Shown: positions 1-10,162, counted from the first letter of the stretch. The stretch is 36,395 nucleotides of DNA from an uncultured Clostridia bacterium (GCA_934169535.1 CAKPOC010000001.1:1-36395), one strand, 5' to 3'. Notes: generated by a model not told the origin, from the sequence alone. A program made the numbers and translations.

Positions 1-73
1 CCTTAGCTCAGTTGGTCAGAGCAACCGGCTCATAACCGGTGGGTCCAAGGTTCGAATCCTTGAGGGAGCACCA
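1..73 (+). tRNA. tRNA with CAU anticodon (elongator Met or lysidine-dependent Ile2), about 4 nt of the 5' end cut by the window edge
   Basis: The cloverleaf can be read directly. D arm AGCTCAGTTGGTCAGAGC, anticodon stem ACCGG/CCGGT with loop CTCATAA (CAT), T arm CAAGG-TTCGAAT-CCTTG, 3' acceptor AGGGAGC plus A plus encoded CCA. The CCTTAGCTCAGTTGG start and CTCATAA loop resemble tRNA-Ile2(CAU) as much as tRNA-Met. Confidence 0.85.
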
Positions 74-93
74 TTTTTATAATTTAATATTAT

Positions 94-179
94 GGGCAGA
101 TGGTCGAGTGGTTAATGGCACCAGACTGTAAATCTGGCCGCGAGAGCGTACGATGGTTCGAATCCATCTCTGCCCACCA
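94..179 (+). tRNA. tRNA-Tyr (GTA anticodon), class II with long variable arm, CCA encoded
   Basis: Acceptor GGGCAGA/TCTGCCC, anticodon stem CCAGA/TCTGG with loop CTGTAAA, long variable arm CCGCGAGAGCGTAC, T arm GATGG-TTCGAAT-CCATC, then ACCA. Confidence 0.93.
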
Positions 180-183
180 AAGT

Positions 184-212
184 AAGCAATATTGAAAAAT
201 ATTGCTTTTTTT
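184..212 (+). terminator. Rho-independent terminator of the tRNA cluster
   Basis: Perfect 10-bp stem AAGCAATATT / AATATTGCTT with a 4-nt loop (GAAA), followed by a T-run. Confidence 0.8.
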
Positions 213-215
213 GTT

Positions 216-545
216 TTATATTTTATCTATTTCAGCAAACACAACATTTATAACGTTTTGCAATATATCATCTGGCAGTTGCTCTATTTTTTTAAATGTC
301 CTACTATTTAAGTCCAAAGCTTTTATATGTTCACACAAGATAACCCCTGTTGTCTTTGTCCTTTCATCTAGTGGAATGTGTAAAGGAAAATAATTGTTTG
401 TGTTTGTTATTGGGCACACTATCGACAATGCTGTTTTTTCATTAAATACATCATTGCTTATTACTACTGCAGGTCTATATCCTGCTTGCTCATGCCCAGC
501 TTGAGGATCAAAATTTATTTTTATTATAGTTCCTTGTTTTACCAT
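216..545 (-). CDS. mazF: MazF/PemK-family endoribonuclease toxin
   Basis: MVKQGTIIKINFDPQAGHEQAGYRPAVVIS... matches the MazF/ChpA signature (DFDP..G.EQAG.RPAVV). I chose the ATG at 545 (AGGAAAGGAAAT upstream) over the longer ORF start at 572. This ATG lies inside the last codons of mazE, giving a 7-nt overlap. Confidence 0.9.
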   Translation of the reverse strand: MVKQGTIIKINFDPQAGHEQAGYRPAVVISNDVFNEKTALSIVCPITNTNNYFPLHIPLDERTKTTGVILCEHIKALDLNSRTFKKIEQLPDDILQNVINVVFAEIDKI

Positions 546-784
546 ATTTCCTTTCCTTTCTTCTCTCCCCAATCAATTTCAATTGGTTCATATTTTCCTT
601 TGAAGTCCTTGAACAAATCTTTAATATTTTTTCTCTTAATTTCTTCATCTTTTTCTATTATAATTTTATTGTCTTCTACTAAAATTTTTATTGGTTCATT
701 TTCTGACCATTTTACTGCATTTAACAAAGCCTTTGGTATTCTTATTCCATGGCTATTCCCCCATTTTTGAATTACTGTGGTCAT
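539..784 (-). CDS. mazE: MazE antitoxin (AbrB/SpoVT-type DNA-binding fold)
   Basis: The N-terminus VIQKWGNSHGIRIPKALL and C-terminus IDWGEKKGKEIW parallel E. coli MazE (KRWGNSPAVRIP ... IDWGEPKDKEVW). I prefer the ATG at 784, which is 9 nt from GGAG. The ATG at 793 abuts the SD. Confidence 0.9.
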   Translation of the reverse strand: MTTVIQKWGNSHGIRIPKALLNAVKWSENEPIKILVEDNKIIIEKDEEIKRKNIKDLFKDFKGKYEPIEIDWGEKKGKEIW

Positions 785-802
785 ATTGTTCATCTCCTTT
801 CT

Positions 803-842
803 CGTATATACTTAGTATATACGTTTTTGTATATTTTGTCAA
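803..842 (-). promoter_or_regulatory. mazEF promoter with overlapping operator palindrome
   Basis: On the minus strand the promoter reads TTGACA (842..837), 17 nt, TATACT (819..814). A perfect inverted repeat CGTATATAC-TTA-GTATATACG (803..823) covers the -10 and the start region. This is the usual layout for MazE/MazEF autorepression. Confidence 0.65.
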
Positions 843-882
843 TCTTATTATATTATTTTTTCACATTAATGTTAAAATATTC

Positions 883-918
883 AAAAAAAGCGATTACTAA
901 AAAAATTAGTAATCGCTT
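883..918 (-). terminator. Rho-independent terminator downstream of the 171-aa ORF
   Basis: Perfect 12-bp stem AAGCGATTACTA / TAGTAATCGCTT with a 7-nt loop. On the minus strand it is followed by TTTTTTT. Confidence 0.8.
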
Positions 919-930
919 GGCAGTATTGGC

Positions 931-1446
931 TTATTTAGTCCAATACCTTAGAGGATTTTTCCATCCCGGATAATTCATTTTCATAAAGGTTTCAATTTCT
1001 TCTTGGGCCATTTCTTCTTGTCTTACTTTTTTATCACAATAGATTATTGGGTTTTTAATTCTATATATAGCTTTATCTTTAATTCTGTCTTTTACAATTA
1101 AATACTTTTCTAATGGTTTTTTAAAGTTCCAGTCTTCTTTAATTTTCTCCGCTTTAACTACATATCTTGTATATAGTTTAATTACAGGTTTCAAAACTTC
1201 TCCATATCCAATAAATACCCCTCTTAATCTACCTTTTTTGTCTAAAATCAAAAATTCATTGTTGGACATTTGAAAATGCCAGCCCTCTGGTGCCAAAAGA
1301 TAATTTTCTAGTTTTCCTTCTGCATTAATTTTCTTTTGAAATTTAAAACCTAACTTTTCTAGTTCGCAAACTCGTAAGTTTTCCTCATTGCTTTTTAAGT
1401 TTGAAATTTTTAGATCGATCCGGTTATTTGAGTAATTTTTTTCCAT
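931..1446 (-). CDS. Hypothetical protein, 171 aa, no domain recognised
   Basis: Long ORF with a strong SD (GGAGGAAGATAAC ATG) at the internal Met, MEKNYSNN. It has its own promoter and terminator. No TM segment or catalytic motif was recognised. Confidence 0.7.
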   Translation of the reverse strand: MEKNYSNNRIDLKISNLKSNEENLRVCELEKLGFKFQKKINAEGKLENYLLAPEGWHFQMSNNEFLILDKKGRLRGVFIGYGEVLKPVIKLYTRYVVKAEKIKEDWNFKKPLEKYLIVKDRIKDKAIYRIKNPIIYCDKKVRQEEMAQEEIETFMKMNYPGWKNPLRYWTK

Positions 1447-1494
1447 GTTATCTTCCTCCATAAAACGTAAGTTCAAATGAACTATACAATTTAT

Positions 1495-1524
1495 ATTATA
1501 CCACAAAATATTTATTTATGTCAA
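1495..1524 (-). promoter_or_regulatory. Sigma-A type promoter of the 171-aa ORF
   Basis: Minus strand: TTGACA (1524..1519), 18 nt, TGgTATAAT extended -10 (hexamer 1500..1495). Confidence 0.6.
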
Positions 1525-1566
1525 TTTTTACCTGTATTAATAATGTAAATTGGGTTTAAAATGCGC

Positions 1567-1604
1567 AAAAAGGAAGTCCTTTGCTATACTAATAGAAAGG
1601 GCTT
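1567..1604 (-). terminator. Probable terminator after the transglycosylase gene
   Basis: 9-bp stem (AAGTCCTTT / AAAGGGCTT on the plus strand, one mismatch when read as minus-strand RNA), followed on the minus strand by CCTTTTT. Confidence 0.4.
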
Positions 1605-1609
1605 TCATT

Positions 1610-2311
1610 TTATTCACCATATATTTCTATGTTATCCGCTTCTTTCTGCGTTATATAATTATTTTCTACCATAGTTCCAATAACTTTCTTTTGTCTACTT
1701 TGAGTTAAGTTTAAATTTTCCTTTGGGTTATATAAACTTGGTGCATTTGGTACCCCTGCAAGCATAGTTGCTTCTGAAATGTTCATGTCTTTAGGCTCTT
1801 TTTGTAAATAGCCTTCACATGCCTCTTTTATTCCATAATAACCATTTCCAAAGTATATTGTATTAATATAAATTTCTAAAATTTCATCTTTAGAATATCT
1901 TTTTTCAAGTTCATAACTCATTATTATTTCTGCTGATTTTCTTGCTACTACATTATCTTCTTCCATAAAATATAAATTTTTTGCTGTCTGCTGGGTTATG
2001 CTACTTCCACCCTCTTTAAATTCCTTTTGGCTTATATTACTTACGGTTGCTCTTATTAATGCTATAAAGTCTACTGCTCCATGTTTATAAAATCTGTGGT
2101 CTTCTACCGACACAACAGCATTTTTATAAAATTCTGGAACTTCACTTAAAGATGTAAAGTCTTCGTCATTTCTTATTTTTTTAATTTTTTCATCTATTCC
2201 TATTTGTCTTATTTTTTCATTATATAAACTTTGTCCTATAAAAAATAGGTAAGCTAATATTATGGCAATTATTATAAATACAAATAGGAAAATTCTTCGT
2301 AAAAATTTCAT
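1610..2311 (-). CDS. Monofunctional peptidoglycan glycosyltransferase (GT51 family), N-terminal membrane anchor
   Basis: N-terminal TM segment (IFLFVFIIIAIILAYLFFI). GT51 motifs SVEDHRFYKHGAVD and GGSSITQQTAKNLYF are present, and there is no transpeptidase domain. Confidence 0.9.
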   Translation of the reverse strand: MKFLRRIFLFVFIIIAIILAYLFFIGQSLYNEKIRQIGIDEKIKKIRNDEDFTSLSEVPEFYKNAVVSVEDHRFYKHGAVDFIALIRATVSNISQKEFKEGGSSITQQTAKNLYFMEEDNVVARKSAEIIMSYELEKRYSKDEILEIYINTIYFGNGYYGIKEACEGYLQKEPKDMNISEATMLAGVPNAPSLYNPKENLNLTQSRQKKVIGTMVENNYITQKEADNIEIYGE

Positions 2312-2400
2312 ATAATTTTTCCTTTCATTTTGTACAGTATTTTAATTTATCTTCTTTTATCTCTTTTGCAAAATGCCTATTTTTTCTATTATAAATATAA

Positions 2401-2430
2401 ATAAGCAGAAAGATAAAACTTACTGCTTAT
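2401..2430 (-). terminator. Possible terminator after the 320-aa ORF
   Basis: 8-bp stem ATAAGCAG / CTGCTTAT with a 14-nt loop and a U-rich sequence following on the minus strand. Confidence 0.35.
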
Positions 2431-2435
2431 TTATG

Positions 2436-3398
2436 TTATCTATTTTGTTCATCTGCACTTGGTAAAGCTGGAACTTCAAGAACAATTTTAATTTTCATAA
2501 TATATTTTATTGTTCTTACAAATTTGCTAGCTTTAAATCTTTGCCATAGAGAAGGTTTTACTTCTACTCTTGTTTCTTCATAGTAAGCTACATCTTCTTG
2601 GTTCTCTTGAATTGTTTCTTTTTCTGCTTTTTCTTCTACTGGTTGCTCTTTAGCTAACTTTGCTTTTTCCTTTTTAGCTTTTTTCGATTTTTTTGCTTTA
2701 GCTTTTGGCTCTTCTGCAACTTCTTCGATTTGTTCAACATTTTCTGGTACATCTTCTATTGCTTCAAAGTTCTCTTCTGGAGCTGGTATTAGTTTTAACG
2801 CATCTGCCACTTCTATTCCTATATAGCTAAGAGCTTTTGATCTATCTTCAATTCTTTCCATATCAATTTCAATGTGTAGATTTGATTCTAGGTTAGAAAT
2901 TCTTGCTTTTATTAGTTTTACTGCATCTTGATAATTTTGAGATCTTTTAGATTTTGCTCTTCCTATCACTCCTAAAGTTTCTTTTATATCGTCTGAAAAT
3001 TCTTCTGGCAAGTTTTTAACTATATCCTTCCAATTTTCAGTTTTATTTAATGCCGCTTCTAATGCTTCACTTAATTCCGCTGCAAGTGAAATATTAGTTT
3101 CTCTTTGTCTAATTAATTCTTCTATTTGCTTTGTGTTTTCTTCAAATTCACTTGTTGCAAACTCTATTAGTCCATAAGCTGCTTTATATACACTACTAGG
3201 GAAGTTTTTCTTTTTTGGATATTCAATTAAATATGTCTTTATAGATTCTACCAAGTCTTTAAAGTATGCATCATCTTCTAACTGTATTATTTGCTTTTTA
3301 CTGTTAGGATCTATCATTTTTTGTACTTTTGCAATATTTGATAAAATCTTCTCTTCGGTTATAACCATTCTTACATTTACTATGCCAAACTTAGACAT
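2436..3398 (-). CDS. Hypothetical protein, 320 aa, predicted helical/coiled-coil with a Lys/Glu-rich linker and a basic-hydrophobic C-terminus
   Basis: Strong SD (GAGGAGGATTTTACA ATG). Contains the low-complexity block EEPKAKAKKSKKAKKEKAKLAKEQ and the C-terminal segment WQRFKASKFVRTIKYIMKIKIVLEV. No family was recognised. Confidence 0.7.
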   Translation of the reverse strand: MSKFGIVNVRMVITEEKILSNIAKVQKMIDPNSKKQIIQLEDDAYFKDLVESIKTYLIEYPKKKNFPSSVYKAAYGLIEFATSEFEENTKQIEELIRQRETNISLAAELSEALEAALNKTENWKDIVKNLPEEFSDDIKETLGVIGRAKSKRSQNYQDAVKLIKARISNLESNLHIEIDMERIEDRSKALSYIGIEVADALKLIPAPEENFEAIEDVPENVEQIEEVAEEPKAKAKKSKKAKKEKAKLAKEQPVEEKAEKETIQENQEDVAYYEETRVEVKPSLWQRFKASKFVRTIKYIMKIKIVLEVPALPSADEQNR

Positions 3399-3440
3399 TG
3401 TAAAATCCTCCTCTTCATCTGTATCACTAAAATTTATTTT

Positions 3441-3469
3441 ATTATATATTATTCTACAAAAAATTACAA
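3441..3469 (-). promoter_or_regulatory. Sigma-A type promoter of the 320-aa ORF
   Basis: Minus strand: TTGTAA (3469..3464), 17 nt, TATAAT (3446..3441). Confidence 0.55.
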
Positions 3470-3531
3470 TACTTACGGAGGCTTTTATTTTTTCTTTTTA
3501 ATTGCTTTTTTGTTACAGTTTTGTTACATGA

Positions 3532-5397
3532 TTATTTGTTATTTTTATTTATTTCTGCAAATCTTTTAATCTTCATAGTTGTAGTTTTCTCAAATTCATC
3601 TTTTTTTATTTCAATTTTCTTTACTGCTTTATATGATGTAAGTTTTTTATTTACCTCTTTTACCTTATTCCAAATTATTTTTCTAATTTCTTCCTCTGGT
3701 AAATCCTTTCCATGAAGTTCTTCTATTTTTGTATAGTTTGGAATAATTTTTGCTGTTATTACTAACTCTTTTCCTGTTTTGTCTTTTTCAGATTTTTTCC
3801 CATATACCATACATTCTGAAATTTCTGGAATATTTCCTAGTAATAATTCTATTTCTTCTGGGTAAATATTTTTTCCATTTTGTGTAACAATTACATTTTT
3901 GCTTCTTCCTGTAATATATATATATCCATCTTTGTCTATTTTTCCAATGTCACCTGAATGGAAGTATCCATCTGCCAATACTTTTTCTGTTGCAAGCTCG
4001 TCCTCATAATATCCAAGCATTACAGTAGGTCCTTTTATTAAAAGTTCACCCTCTCCATTTTCGTTTGGATTTTCTACTTTTATTTCTGTATTTATTACAG
4101 CTTTACCTGTTGAAGCATATGGTGATTGAACATAATCAGGTGTAAGAGCTGCTATTGGTGCTGTTTCTGTAAGTCCATATCCTTGTAAAAATTTTATTCC
4201 TATATCATCTACCCACTTTCCAATTTTTCCATCTATTGGTGCTGCAGCAGATACTATTATCCTTAAGTTGCCTCCTAAGTTATCAAGTATTTCTTTAAAT
4301 ACTTTCTTTTTTATATCTATATTTACTACTTTTAATACATTTGTTATATGTATCATTGAATTTACTAAGCCTTCTTTTTTGCTCTTTCTTATAGTTTCAT
4401 TTATTTTTTTATATAAGTTTTCTATAAGTAAAGGAACTGCAAGTAATGCTGTTGGTTTTGACTCTTGCATATTTGGAACTATGTATTTTAGCCCTTCACA
4501 TACTGCAACAGATGCTCCATTTGCGAATGGTAGCAAAAATCCTATTGTAGATTCATATGTATGGTGTAATGGTAACACAGAAAATAATCTATCATTTTCT
4601 TTAAGTTTAACATACGCATTTGCTGCATTTATATTCCATGCTAGGTTTCTGTTGCATATCATTACTCCCTTTGATGCAGAAGTTGTACCAGATGTAAATA
4701 TTAATACTTTGAATTCGTCTGGATCAATTTTTGTATTTACATATGTTAGATCTCCATTTTCAAGCATCTCTCTTCCTTCTTTAATTAAGTAGTTAATTCC
4801 TACATGCTTGTTTTCTATAAAGTCATCACAATCCATTTGTATAAAATATTTTACTGCTGGAACATTTCCTTCAATTTTCTTTATTATGTCTTTTTTCTTT
4901 TCAGAATATATTACTGCTGTTGCTTTAGATCTTTTTATTAAATTTTCTAATTCGTTGTAAGGAAGTTCTTTATCTACTGGTACTGCAATTCCTGCACCAC
5001 ATAGCATTGTCATATATGATAAATACCAGCCATAAGTTGTTTCACTTATAATTACTACTCTTGCATTATCAGGTAGCATTTTTATAAGTTTTGTTCCTAA
5101 CGCTTTTACATCATCTCCAAATTCTTTGTATGTAATTTCTTTGTATGGTTCTTTATGATTTGGTTTTTGCAAAATCAGTGTATTTTGAGAATATTTTTCT
5201 GTTACTTCTTCAAAGATTTCCTTTATTGTATTATATTCGTGAATTTTATAAGGCTTATTTTTTTCTTTTTTCTTTTCTTCCGCTTCTTTTACTTCTTCAT
5301 AATTTAATTTAACATTTTCTACATCAGGAATATTCTCCATTTTAATTTTTTTAAATTTAAAATTTGGCATTTTAAAATCTGTTATATTTCTCATCAT
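3532..5397 (-). CDS. AMP-forming acyl-CoA synthetase (long-chain fatty-acid-CoA ligase family)
   Basis: AMP-binding signature IFTSGTTSASKGVM, plus GYGLTET, GDIGKIDKDGYIYITGRSKN and a C-terminal KIKR. The second ATG at 5394 has better spacing from GGAG. The gene lies 15 nt downstream of mreB, so it is probably co-transcribed. Confidence 0.88.
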   Translation of the reverse strand: MMRNITDFKMPNFKFKKIKMENIPDVENVKLNYEEVKEAEEKKKEKNKPYKIHEYNTIKEIFEEVTEKYSQNTLILQKPNHKEPYKEITYKEFGDDVKALGTKLIKMLPDNARVVIISETTYGWYLSYMTMLCGAGIAVPVDKELPYNELENLIKRSKATAVIYSEKKKDIIKKIEGNVPAVKYFIQMDCDDFIENKHVGINYLIKEGREMLENGDLTYVNTKIDPDEFKVLIFTSGTTSASKGVMICNRNLAWNINAANAYVKLKENDRLFSVLPLHHTYESTIGFLLPFANGASVAVCEGLKYIVPNMQESKPTALLAVPLLIENLYKKINETIRKSKKEGLVNSMIHITNVLKVVNIDIKKKVFKEILDNLGGNLRIIVSAAAPIDGKIGKWVDDIGIKFLQGYGLTETAPIAALTPDYVQSPYASTGKAVINTEIKVENPNENGEGELLIKGPTVMLGYYEDELATEKVLADGYFHSGDIGKIDKDGYIYITGRSKNVIVTQNGKNIYPEEIELLLGNIPEISECMVYGKKSEKDKTGKELVITAKIIPNYTKIEELHGKDLPEEEIRKIIWNKVKEVNKKLTSYKAVKKIEIKKDEFEKTTTMKIKRFAEINKNNK

Positions 5398-5412
5398 TCT
5401 CTCCTTCTACTT

Positions 5413-6432
5413 TTACATTACAAATATTTTTTTACTTTTTCCTATTTTAGTATTTTCTAAATTTTCTAAAGCTTTTCCTGTTCCTATTGCGACACATGAA
5501 ACTGGGTCATTGGCTATAGTTACATTTATTCCTGTACTTTCTTGTATTAGTTTATCTAATCCATCAATTAAGCTTCCTCCTCCAGTCATATATATGCCTT
5601 TTTCCCTTATATCTGCCGATAGCTCTGGTGGTGTTTTTTCTAAAACTAAATGCACTGCTTCTATGATTTCCTGTGCAGGTTCTGACAAAGCTTCAATCAT
5701 CTCACTTGAATGAATGTTTACTGTTTTTGGAAGACCTGTATATAAATCTCTTCCTTTTATGTCCATGTCTAAGTCTTGTATTTTAGGATATACACAGCCT
5801 ATATTTATCTTTATGTCTTCTGCAGTTCTATCACCTATTACTATATTGTGCTTTTTTCTAATATATTTTACTATTGATTCGTCAAATTTATCTCCTGCAA
5901 CTTTTATTGAAGTGCTAACAACAGTACCTCCTAAAGAAATCACTGCAATGTCGGTTGTTCCTCCTCCAATATCCACTACCATATTACCTGAAGGTTTTGA
6001 AACATCAAGTCCTGCACCAATTGCTGCAGCTAGTGGCTCTTCGATAAGGTTTACTTTCCTTGCACCTGCTCCAACAGCTGCATCTATTACAGCTCTTTTT
6101 TCTACCTCGGTTACTCTTGATGGAATACATATCATTATTTTGGGTGCAAATATGTATTTACCACACACTTTTCCTATAAAATACTTTAACATTTTTTCTG
6201 TAACAGTATAGTCCGAAATAACGCCTTCCCTTAATGGCCTTGTTGCTATTATATTTCCTGGTGTTCTTCCCAACATCCTTCTTGCTTCTTTTCCTACTGC
6301 AAGAACATTTTTGGTATTTTTATCTATTGCTACTACAGAAGGCTCCCTTAAAACAATGCCTTTTCCTCTTACATATGCGATTACTGTAGCAGTTCCTAAA
6401 TCTATTGCTATATCTTGTCCAAATTCTAACAT
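5413..6432 (-). CDS. mreB: Rod-shape-determining actin homologue, MreB/Mbl family
   Basis: DIAIDLGTATVIAYV, REPSVVAI, GRTPGNIIATRPLREGVISDY, VVDIGGGTTDIAVISLGG and IYMTGGGSLIDGL are all typical of MreB. Confidence 0.93.
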   Translation of the reverse strand: MLEFGQDIAIDLGTATVIAYVRGKGIVLREPSVVAIDKNTKNVLAVGKEARRMLGRTPGNIIATRPLREGVISDYTVTEKMLKYFIGKVCGKYIFAPKIMICIPSRVTEVEKRAVIDAAVGAGARKVNLIEEPLAAAIGAGLDVSKPSGNMVVDIGGGTTDIAVISLGGTVVSTSIKVAGDKFDESIVKYIRKKHNIVIGDRTAEDIKINIGCVYPKIQDLDMDIKGRDLYTGLPKTVNIHSSEMIEALSEPAQEIIEAVHLVLEKTPPELSADIREKGIYMTGGGSLIDGLDKLIQESTGINVTIANDPVSCVAIGTGKALENLENTKIGKSKKIFVM

Positions 6433-6473
6433 TTATAAATCCTCTCGTTGTTTTGTATTGCGAAACTGTTGCA

Positions 6474-6502
6474 ATTATATTACATACAGAATAAAATTTC
6501 AA
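6474..6502 (-). promoter_or_regulatory. Sigma-A type promoter of mreB
   Basis: Minus strand: TTGAAA (6502..6497), 17 nt, TATAAT (6479..6474). Confidence 0.55.
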
Positions 6503-6516
6503 GATAAAAACAAATT

Positions 6517-6568
6517 AAAATGAAATAGTTAAACTTTTTTTGCTTTTTACGTTTTACTATTTCATTTT
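6517..6568 (-). terminator. Inverted repeat, probably the terminator of the lexA operon
   Basis: Perfect 13-bp arms AAAATGAAATAGT / ACTATTTCATTTT separated by 26 nt, placed directly after the stop of the 166-aa gene. The loop is large for a canonical terminator. Confidence 0.45.
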
Positions 6569-6577
6569 ATACTGCAT

Positions 6578-7078
6578 TTATAATAAACAATGAACCAATA
6601 CGAATACTGATATAAATGCTGCAAATTTGTTTTCTGTTGTTTCGTTTTTTAACATATCCAAATTTACTAGTTTTGTGTTTTCGTCTTCTTGATATTCATC
6701 ACTTATGGTAATATTTACTTTTTTTATATTTTCTGCGGTAAAAGATACTGAAAAATTCTTTTCCCCATTAGGCTCTAAGCCTTCTATTTTAGCATATTTT
6801 GTTAATATTGTGTTGTTTCTTTTTGATATAAATTCAAATTTTACATATTTTTGATTTATTTCTTCACTTGTAACATTTTTAATTGTGCCTTCCACTTTTC
6901 CATTTATTAATGTGGCTTTTGCATAATTTATATTTATTTGCATATTCTCTGGGCTATTTATGTTTTGCTCCATAGGTGAATAACTTGTTGTAATGCAAAA
7001 ATATATTAGTATATTCGAGATTATATAAAATGCAACTATCCACAATATATACTTGCCAAATTCTTTCATTTTGCTCAT
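6578..7078 (-). CDS. Membrane protein, 166 aa, with TM segments at both ends and a beta-rich FxLYD-like central domain
   Basis: N-terminal TM YILWIVAFYIISNILIYFCI and C-terminal hydrophobic FAAFISVFVLVHCLL. The central pattern GKVEGTIKNVTSEE..YVKFEFIS....ILTKYAKIEGLEPNGEKNFSVSF resembles FxLYD-domain proteins, but that assignment is from memory. The gene starts 28 nt after the lexA stop with SD AGGAAA. Confidence 0.7.
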   Translation of the reverse strand: MSKMKEFGKYILWIVAFYIISNILIYFCITTSYSPMEQNINSPENMQININYAKATLINGKVEGTIKNVTSEEINQKYVKFEFISKRNNTILTKYAKIEGLEPNGEKNFSVSFTAENIKKVNITISDEYQEDENTKLVNLDMLKNETTENKFAAFISVFVLVHCLL

Positions 7079-7106
7079 ATTTTACTATTTCCTATTCTAT
7101 ATAGTT

Positions 7107-7760
7107 TTACATCTTTCTAAATACTCCAGCAACTTTTCCAAGTATTTTGCAATTAGGTACAATTATTGGATCCATTGTTGAATTTTCTGGTTGTAATCTT
7201 ATGTGATCTTTTTCCTTATAGAATGTTTTTACTGTTGCTTCATCATCTATTAAAGCAACTACTATTTCCCCATTTTCGGCTGTATTTTGTTTTTTAACTA
7301 AAATGTAGTCCCCATTTAATATTCCAGCTTCAATCATGCTTTCGCCCCTTACTGTAAGCATAAAGCATTCACTATTACCTATAAAATCCAATGGAATTGG
7401 GAATGTATCTGTAATATTTTCTACTGCTAAGATCGGTGCTCCTGCTGTTATTTTTCCTATAACAGGAACATCTACTAATTCCTTACCAGCATATACATTT
7501 TTTTCTTCCTGAGATTTAAATGATTTTCCACCTTTTAATAATTGTAAAGTTCTTCCCATTTTGTCTTTTCTGGCAATATAGCCATTTTCCTCTAATCTAT
7601 TTAAATAGGCATGAACTGTCGCTGTTGATTTTAAACCTACAGCTTGACATATTTCCCTTACAGATGGTGGGTATCCATTTTCATTTATTTGTTTTTCGAT
7701 AAACTTTAAAATATCTTTTTCTCTTTTATTTAAACTTTGTGGGTCTCTTCTTCTTGGCAT
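7107..7760 (-). CDS. lexA: LexA repressor (S24 self-cleaving SOS regulator)
   Basis: Winged-helix N-terminus GYPPSVREICQAVGLKSTATVHAYLNRLEENGYI, Ala-Gly site in KITAGAPI, catalytic Ser in GESMIEAGI and Lys in ATVKTF. The ATG at 7760 (MPRRRD) lies 9 nt from GAGGAG. Confidence 0.93.
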   Translation of the reverse strand: MPRRRDPQSLNKREKDILKFIEKQINENGYPPSVREICQAVGLKSTATVHAYLNRLEENGYIARKDKMGRTLQLLKGGKSFKSQEEKNVYAGKELVDVPVIGKITAGAPILAVENITDTFPIPLDFIGNSECFMLTVRGESMIEAGILNGDYILVKKQNTAENGEIVVALIDDEATVKTFYKEKDHIRLQPENSTMDPIIVPNCKILGKVAGVFRKM

Positions 7761-7795
7761 AACCAATCACTCCTCAATATAATTATTTCGCTATT

Positions 7796-7835
7796 ATATT
7801 ATCATAAAAAAATTAGTTTGTCAAACAAAATTTCG
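7796..7835 (-). promoter_or_regulatory. lexA promoter with a candidate LexA (Cheo/SOS) box overlapping the -35
   Basis: Minus strand: TTGACA (7824..7819), 17 nt, TGaTAATAT (hexamer 7801..7796). CGAAATTTTGTTTG (7835..7822) matches the Firmicute box CGAAC-N4-GTTCG at 8 of 10 specified positions, and its right half runs into TTGACA. Confidence 0.5.
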
Positions 7836-7866
7836 TATTTTATTTATTTTTTTATTTATTTTTTAT

Positions 7867-10162
<2,296 letters not shown>

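Noticed and set aside
1-930. Possible integrated mobile element at the tRNA-CAU / tRNA-Tyr locus, given mazEF and the orphan gene.
   Set aside because: There is no integrase, recombinase or transposase and no direct repeat of a tRNA 3' end in the window. Only a TA cassette can be supported.
4268-4792. 174-aa plus-strand ORF inside the acyl-CoA synthetase gene. Similar antisense ORFs occur at 5714..6211, 8630..8848, 23104..23598, 25108..25386, 26233..26553 and 33418..33687.
   Set aside because: All lie antisense to genes with unmistakable conserved motifs. They have no SD and encode low-complexity Ser/Phe/Ile-rich sequence, as expected from reading AT-rich coding DNA backwards. They are shadow ORFs.
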